From NCBI GenBank assembly GCA_951828515.1, contig OX639992.1, forward strand, positions 1,352,439-1,416,438: 64,000 bases of DNA, read 5' to 3'. Positions 58,395 through 64,000 of this stretch are shown here, one piece after another. The stretch comes from an uncultured Poribacteria bacterium (lineage in GTDB: Bacteria > Poribacteria > WGA-4E > WGA-3G). The position numbers and the translations under genes were made by a program. Within the stretch, counting starts at the first letter, position 1. Each line of letters opens with the position of its first letter. The notes below the pieces were generated by a model, which did not search any database, was not told the DNA's origin, and saw nothing but the letters and a program-made list of their open reading frames with translations.

Positions 58395-58938
58395 TATTAG
58401 TAGAGCCCGTAATTACTTATACACCCGTAGGAGAAGAGTCGGGAATCGGAGTTCCCTCCTACAGGGTTCATGAAGCAGGCCGCGGGTTTTCCAAAATGTA
58501 AACTTATTTTCGGATTTTACTAATACAGACTCACAATAGGTTGCAAGTGAAAATAAACCATAGGTGTCAATTTAGCGATTTTTCCGTTAATTTTTCACGG
58601 TGGATCCCTACAGATGCCGCCCCTACGGGGCTTAGTTCTGTGAGGTGGCGTTTTTCTACAGAGATACCATCCCTACGGGATTCAAGAGGTTTTTGGAGTC
58701 TTGAAGGTTTTGTGTAAAATCCGGTTCGGTTAGGAAACCGAACCTACCGGTCTTGGTCTGCGACAGTTGTTTTTTCTAAAATTGACACGTATGGTTGCGA
58801 GTGAAAATAAACATATCAGGACTTACGCAATTTTGACGATATGACGCTCTGTTAGAGGGAGAACCCTAAAAAACATAGATGTTCTCATGGCACAACCTAA
58901 CAGGTTATGCTACAAAAGAGCAGCACGCGTAAGTCTTA
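58395..58938. mobile_element. Three stacked MITE-like elements (family A variant, CATAGGTGTCAA family, CAGGACTTACGC family)
   Basis: TIR pairs at 58395-58525, 58559-58793 (19-bp flanking direct repeat) and 58817-58938, with internal GTAG/CTAC hairpins in the first two. Confidence 0.7.
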
Positions 58939-58949
58939 CATATAACCGT

Positions 58950-58978
58950 TTGACAGAAAATCGTTTTTAGAGTATAAT
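58950..58978 (+). promoter_or_regulatory. Sigma70 promoter, near-leaderless transcript
   Basis: TTGACA-17-TATAAT, 12 nt before ATG 58991, no SD. Confidence 0.6.
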
Positions 58979-58990
58979 AGTGTTAGAAAT

Positions 58991-59653
58991 ATGAAAACAT
59001 GTCTGCTGTTACCGGCTTACAATGAATCTAAAACAATTGGACAGATAATTCAGGAGACCTCTGAGTTTATCACTGCGATTATTGTCATTGACGACGGTTC
59101 ATCAGATGAAACAGCAGAGATCGCGGCGGCATGCAAGGCAGTCTGCTTGACGAACGCCACGAATTGTGGAAAAGGGCACGCCTTACGCAAAGGGTTTGCT
59201 TACGCCCTCGAGCACGGATATGAACTGGTTTTCACGATGGATAGCGATGGGCAACATCAGCCTGCGGATATACCCCGTTTTTTGGAACACTTTGACAATA
59301 CACGTCCCGATATACTTATTGGCGCAAGAGCAACACAGGATTTTCGGACATCGATGCCGCTGCATAGACGGATTAATAACTGCCTAATTTCTTATGTCGG
59401 TTCAAAGTTATGTGGGCAACAGGTACCCGATTTTCAATCAGGATATCGGCTTATTCGTGATGAGGTTCTGAGACAGGTTCACTTGGAAACAGAGCGTTAT
59501 GAAACGGAATCTGAACTGCTGATAAAAGCAGGACGCCTCGGGTTCCAGATTGAAAGTTTGCCGATTCAGACCCGGTACAGCGATGAGATCAGCCATATTA
59601 AACCGCTTCGAGAGATATGGCTCTTTACAAAACTATTGCTTCGCAGCTTATGA
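58991..59653 (+). CDS. Glycosyltransferase family 2 (DPM1-like)
   Basis: LPAYNE, IDDGSSD, GKGHALRKG, MDSDGQH, DFQSGYR. Confidence 0.9.
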   Translation: MKTCLLLPAYNESKTIGQIIQETSEFITAIIVIDDGSSDETAEIAAACKAVCLTNATNCGKGHALRKGFAYALEHGYELVFTMDSDGQHQPADIPRFLEHFDNTRPDILIGARATQDFRTSMPLHRRINNCLISYVGSKLCGQQVPDFQSGYRLIRDEVLRQVHLETERYETESELLIKAGRLGFQIESLPIQTRYSDEISHIKPLREIWLFTKLLLRSL

Positions 59654-59792
59654 GGAATAGTTGTCGGTTATCAGTGTAAGAAGTTTGCAAGTGTACGAAA
59701 GTTAGGAAGTCCGTAAAGTTTCTGATAACTTCCCAACTTTACCCGACTTTCGCAGACTTTCTTTTCTTTAACTGAAAACTGAAAACCCTATA

Positions 59793-60824
59793 ATGGATTC
59801 ACTCCGACTCTTTATTAACGGTTTTCTGATAGGCATCGCCAACATCATCCCCGGCATGAGTGGTGGGACTCTCGCCCTCGTTTTAGGCATCTATGAACGG
59901 CTTATCGGTGCATTACGGCGCATCGGACTTTCAACGGTAAAAAAACTATTAGGCGGCGCGACCTTAAGAAAAAACGACCTGACAGAAGCTAAGGCAGAAC
60001 TCCGTCGTATTGATTTTGGCTTTCTGGTACTCTTAGGAAGCGGTGCGATAGCCGCTGTACTGCTCACGTCAAAACTGATTGTCTATCTGCTGAATTATCA
60101 TCATGATGCGACTTACGGCTTCTTCAGCGGGTTAATTCTGATCTCTATCCTGATACCGATGCGTATGCTAAAGGCGTTCGGTTGGAAAGAGCTGTTAGCA
60201 CTATTGATTGCTATCGCATTAATATTAAGTTTATCTGTCGGTACGACCGAAAAACAGTTAGATCGGGTGGCGTATAAGTCTGGAGTGGAGACAACGATGG
60301 ATAGCGAGGTCTCCGAACGCGGAACTGGGCTGCCAACGTATTGGGAACTCGCGATCTTTCTCGGGAGCGGTGCGCTGGCGATTTCGGCAATGATTTTGCC
60401 CGGTATCAGTGGTTCGTTTTTGATGCTCGCTCTCGGTGTCTACTTCCCTCTCTTGACGGCAATAAATACAATATTAGAGAGTATCCCAGCAGTGCTCAAA
60501 GGTATTTTCGAGCCGTCGATGTCGGGAAGCTTACTCATCATTAGTTTCACAGCAATTGGATGTCTGTTTGGACTCTTAGCATTTACACGGTTGCTCAACT
60601 ACCTGTTGGAACGCTATCGTAACCTGACGATCACTTTTCTCATTGGACTGATGGTGGGTTCACTCTACGGGTTATGGCCTTTTCGCGAATTCGCAATGAT
60701 AGATGGGGAACGGATAGATACGGCTCACATCTTACCACAACTTGACATGAACCTGCTTATCACTATGGCGGCTTTTCTTGTCGGTTGTGGCGTCATATAT
60801 CTATTCACGCGTTTAGAGAATTAG
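59793..60824 (+). CDS. DUF368 membrane protein (undecaprenyl-phosphate transporter family)
   Basis: IIPGMSGGTLALVLGIYE, ILPGISGSFLML.LG, GLMVGSL..LWPF. Confidence 0.88.
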   Translation: MDSLRLFINGFLIGIANIIPGMSGGTLALVLGIYERLIGALRRIGLSTVKKLLGGATLRKNDLTEAKAELRRIDFGFLVLLGSGAIAAVLLTSKLIVYLLNYHHDATYGFFSGLILISILIPMRMLKAFGWKELLALLIAIALILSLSVGTTEKQLDRVAYKSGVETTMDSEVSERGTGLPTYWELAIFLGSGALAISAMILPGISGSFLMLALGVYFPLLTAINTILESIPAVLKGIFEPSMSGSLLIISFTAIGCLFGLLAFTRLLNYLLERYRNLTITFLIGLMVGSLYGLWPFREFAMIDGERIDTAHILPQLDMNLLITMAAFLVGCGVIYLFTRLEN

Positions 60825-60941
60825 ATGGAATGGCTGTCGGTCTTCGGTTATCGGTTTTCGGTAGGGCGCGTGGCGGTTACAAAGTTTTGCCTGCCATAAA
60901 CCGCTTTTAACCGACAACTGACAATCGATAACTGATAACCA

Positions 60942-61078
60942 TTATAGTAAAACCCATAATTAAGTTTACACTCTGTAATGCGGCGAGGTTAGGGGGAAAC
61001 GCCCTATCAAAAACACCTCGCCAGCAATGTGGGTTTTGTGTTTTCAAGAGCGTGCAAGTATTTTCGGGCTTACTATAA
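60942..61078. mobile_element. MITE-like family A copy with an expanded hairpin loop
   Basis: Near-identical to 9330-9448 apart from extra bases in the hairpin. Confidence 0.75.
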
Positions 61079-61112
61079 AGTACTAAGCCTTGGACAATTT
61101 TCAATAAGCTGA

Positions 61113-61190
61113 GACACATAGCACTCCGCTGGAGTGCGGGAATTTGGGGACACCGGTTTCTATAGACATAGCACTCCGCTGGAGTGCGGG
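61113..61190 (+). repeat. REP-like doublet ACATAGCACTCCGCTGGAGTGCGGG
   Basis: Two direct copies of a palindromic unit. A third copy is at about 41071-41098. Confidence 0.75.
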
Positions 61191-61296
61191 AGTTTTCTAT
61201 GAATTCGATCCGTGTGTAAGACTCAGAGAAAAAGAAATAGACCTTTGAAACTCAACTTACACGTGACACGAATTGTCCAAACTTTAGTATAAAGTA

Positions 61297-62196
61297 ATGA
61301 AGAAAATAAAAAACGTTGGTTTATTTGTCAATACTACCAAAGCAAACGCGGCGGGTGTCGTCGAAGGCGTGTCTGCGTGGCTTCAAGAGCGAGGTATTAT
61401 CCCTCTTCTACCAGAGGAACAAGCGATTGAGTTGGAATTCCCACAAACCGGTATTTCCAAAACAGAGGTAGTAGAGCAAGCAGATGTACTTCTCGTCCTT
61501 GGTGGAGATGGAACGCTCCTGAGTGCAGCGCATACGCCCAAGATTGAAAATGTGCCTATCTTAGCGATCAACATCGGCACGCTCGGATTTTTGACGGACG
61601 CGTCCCTTGATGAACTCTACCCGACACTGAATGCTCTTTTGACGGGTGCTTATCGGATAGAACATCGGATGATGTTAGAGGTTATTGTGAACAGCCAAGC
61701 CCAAGCGAGCCAAGGTCCACAACCGTTTCGGGCTTTTGCACTCAACGATGTTGTGATACGGCACTATACACGTCTTATCGAATTAGATGCTTACGTTGAT
61801 GGGGAACTGTTTATACCGTATAATGCGGATGGACTGATCATCGCAACGCCGAGCGGGTCGACTGGATATTCGCTCTCTTGTGCAGGGACTATCATATCAC
61901 CGCAATTGGAAGCGATTCTGCTGACCCCCATCGCACCGCATAGCTTAACAGTGCGTCCTTTTATCGCCGATGGCGATGCGGAAATAACTGTCAAAATGCG
62001 TGCGGCATATCAGAGTGTAGACGTTTTTGTAGATGGGCAACGTGAAACACACAGCCTCACTGCGGGGGCAGTCATAAGGGTGAAAAAAGCAGATCGAACA
62101 ATTCAACTCATCCGTTCGCAGCACCATAGTTACTATAGAGCCTTGCGTGAAAAACTAATGTATGGCTATCAGCCGTCGGCTATCAGCCGTCGGTAA
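61297..62196 (+). CDS. nadK: NAD kinase
   Basis: LGGDGTLL, INIGTLGFL, ALNDVV, DGLIIATPSGSTGYSLS. Confidence 0.95.
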   Translation: MKKIKNVGLFVNTTKANAAGVVEGVSAWLQERGIIPLLPEEQAIELEFPQTGISKTEVVEQADVLLVLGGDGTLLSAAHTPKIENVPILAINIGTLGFLTDASLDELYPTLNALLTGAYRIEHRMMLEVIVNSQAQASQGPQPFRAFALNDVVIRHYTRLIELDAYVDGELFIPYNADGLIIATPSGSTGYSLSCAGTIISPQLEAILLTPIAPHSLTVRPFIADGDAEITVKMRAAYQSVDVFVDGQRETHSLTAGAVIRVKKADRTIQLIRSQHHSYYRALREKLMYGYQPSAISRR

Positions 62197-62264
62197 AGAA
62201 AGAGGTTTTCGACGAACCCACATCCTCTTACTGATTGCCATTCTACTAATTGCTGACTGCTATT

Positions 62265-64000
62265 ATGATAGACACACTCTCTATTCGCAACATTGCCCTT
62301 ATAGATGAACTGGACCTGGACTTGGCACCGGGGTTAAATATCTTCACTGGTGAAACAGGTGCTGGCAAGTCGGTTATCCTCAAGTCGATCGGATTGGTAC
62401 TGGGTGAGAGGACCTCTGCTGATATTGTCCGTGAAGGTACCGATTTTGCGGAGGTGGAGGTGAGCCTTGCCCCCGACGATGCGCATCCGATCTGGCACAC
62501 AGACTCCGACGAAACTGCTGATCCGATGTTGAAAGGTGCCCTGAGTGATGTATTGGATCCATCGGACACAGTGATTCTCTCCAGAAGAATCACATCGAAC
62601 GGTAGAAGTCGCAGCCAAGTTAATGGACGTTTGGTGAATTTGAAGCAGTTGCAAGCACTCGGAACATTCCTTGTAGATATCCACGGTCAACACGAGCATC
62701 AATCGTTATTTAGAACACAAACGCATCTTAAACTCTTAGACGATTTCGGCGGCAACAGTGAAGCGCAACAACATGTCAGCAAGATATACACGCAGTTACG
62801 AACCTTACAGCAAGAAGCGGCATCCCTCACGGAAACCTTGAAAGCATCAGAACGGGAAAAGGAACTCCTTGAATTTGAAATTAAAGAACTGACTTCGGTA
62901 CATCTGGAGGAAGGCGAGGACGAAAAATTGGCGGATGAGGCGCGTATCCTTAAGAACGCAGAGGCATTGCGTCAGTCCGCGGATCATGTGTACCAACAAC
63001 TGGATAGCGGCGGTTCTGATAGGGGAAGTTTCGGTAGTCCCCTTGAACGCTTGAGAGATGCTGCGAAGGAACTCATAAAACTGTCCGAAATCGATGAGAG
63101 TTTCTCAGAATTGGGAGATCGACTGGAATCATCGCTCTATGAATTGGAGGACATCGCTTCACAGGTTCGTCACTATGCGGAAACGGTGGAATCGAACTCG
63201 TTGCGGCTGGACGAAGTGACCGATCGATTAGCGTTGATAGCGAAACTCAAACGGCGTTACGGCAACTCTATTCCAGAGATATTGGCGTATCACGCCGATG
63301 CAGAGCAAAAATTAGAGACGTTACAACTCGGTACAGAGAAACAGGATTTGCTGCAGACGGAGATCGATAAAACGATTCAAGAAGCACAGCGTCTATGCAC
63401 TACGCTCTCCGCGAAACGGCAACATGTTGCGAAGCATCTTTCAGAACGGATTGAGAAGGAGCTTCGTACACTCGGTATGGACAAAGCGGAATTTCATGCA
63501 TCTGTTCGGCATATACCGGATGACCGTGGACCGTTTCAGATAGACGGGAAACGTTATGCCTTCCGCTCTGACGGGATGGACGATGTAGAATTCTTAATTG
63601 CGCCAAATGTAGGATCCGAAGCGCGTCCGATCGCCAGAATTGCCTCAGGTGGTGAGATCTCACGTATCATGCTGGCGTTAAAGACAGTGCTTATTCAAGT
63701 TGATGAGATTCCTACACTGCTCTTTGACGAAATCGACAGCGGTATTGGCGGCAAGGTTGCAGACGTAGTTGGCAAAAAGTTGAAGGAACTCTCAGCCTTC
63801 TCACAGGTTATTTGCATTACACACTTGCCACAGATCGCCCGTTTTGCAGATAGACATTTTCGGGTTGACAAGAAGGTAGTTGGCGAGCGTACACTGATTA
63901 CGGCAAAACCGTTGACTGCAGAAGAACAGGTTAATGAAATCGCCCGAATGCACGGCGGTGAAGAAACGGAAATCGGACTTGCACATGCGCGAGAACTGCT
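62265..64000 (+). CDS. recN: DNA repair protein RecN (3' end off window)
   Basis: Manual translation from ATG 62265: MIDTLSIRNIALID, FTGETGAGKS, DIHGQHEHQSL, IASGGEISRIML, FDEIDSGIGG, CITHLPQIA. Confidence 0.95.
   Translation, partial: MIDTLSIRNIALIDELDLDLAPGLNIFTGETGAGKSVILKSIGLVLGERTSADIVREGTDFAEVEVSLAPDDAHPIWHTDSDETADPMLKGALSDVLDPSDTVILSRRITSNGRSRSQVNGRLVNLKQLQALGTFLVDIHGQHEHQSLFRTQTHLKLLDDFGGNSEAQQHVSKIYTQLRTLQQEAASLTETLKASEREKELLEFEIKELTSVHLEEGEDEKLADEARILKNAEALRQSADHVYQQLDSGGSDRGSFGSPLERLRDAAKELIKLSEIDESFSELGDRLESSLYELEDIASQVRHYAETVESNSLRLDEVTDRLALIAKLKRRYGNSIPEILAYHADAEQKLETLQLGTEKQDLLQTEIDKTIQEAQRLCTTLSAKRQHVAKHLSERIEKELRTLGMDKAEFHASVRHIPDDRGPFQIDGKRYAFRSDGMDDVEFLIAPNVGSEARPIARIASGGEISRIMLALKTVLIQVDEIPTLLFDEIDSGIGGKVADVVGKKLKELSAFSQVICITHLPQIARFADRHFRVDKKVVGERTLITAKPLTAEEQVNEIARMHGGEETEIGLAHAREL

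Noticed and set aside
59675-59762. AAGT/ACTT periodic inverted repeats (and GGATT nonamer runs at about 36150 and 51985)
   Set aside because: Probably further low-complexity stem-forming repeats, too degenerate to define as separate elements.
61113-61190. Possible mini-CRISPR (two palindromic direct repeats)
   Set aside because: Only two units, a short spacer, no cas genes, and the same unit is dispersed elsewhere, so it is REP-like.

Overview
Bacterial chromosomal segment, most likely from a Candidatus Poribacteria-like genome. This is inferred from the expanded WD40, LamG, TPR and PhyH paralogues and the characteristic C-terminal 'LLANYPNPFNPETWIPY' and 'V.P..K..TTWG.IK' motifs. Housekeeping genes (rho, a three-gene Sdh/Frd operon, comF, smc, recG, nadK, recN) are interleaved with three accessory blocks. 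Block 1 (about 13.8-26.7 kb) holds a TnpB-only IS200/IS605 element, BrnT+DUF932, IS3 copies, a DUF1670 remnant, an Ig-repeat protein, IS982, LamG and TonB-C genes. Block 2 (about 34.2-40.5 kb) holds a TA module and a tightly coupled PHP-SMC-ATPase + Schlafen/AlbA_2 gene pair, the best candidate for a novel defence system. Block 3 (about 53.1-58.4 kb) holds an internally deleted type ISP-like R-M gene, TPR remnants, a thermonuclease and DUF2971. Many intergenic spaces carry short TIR-bounded elements of several families, which often enclose REP-like hairpins, plus heptamer repeats. No rRNA, tRNA or CRISPR array was recognised. All family calls are motif recognition by eye, not database results.
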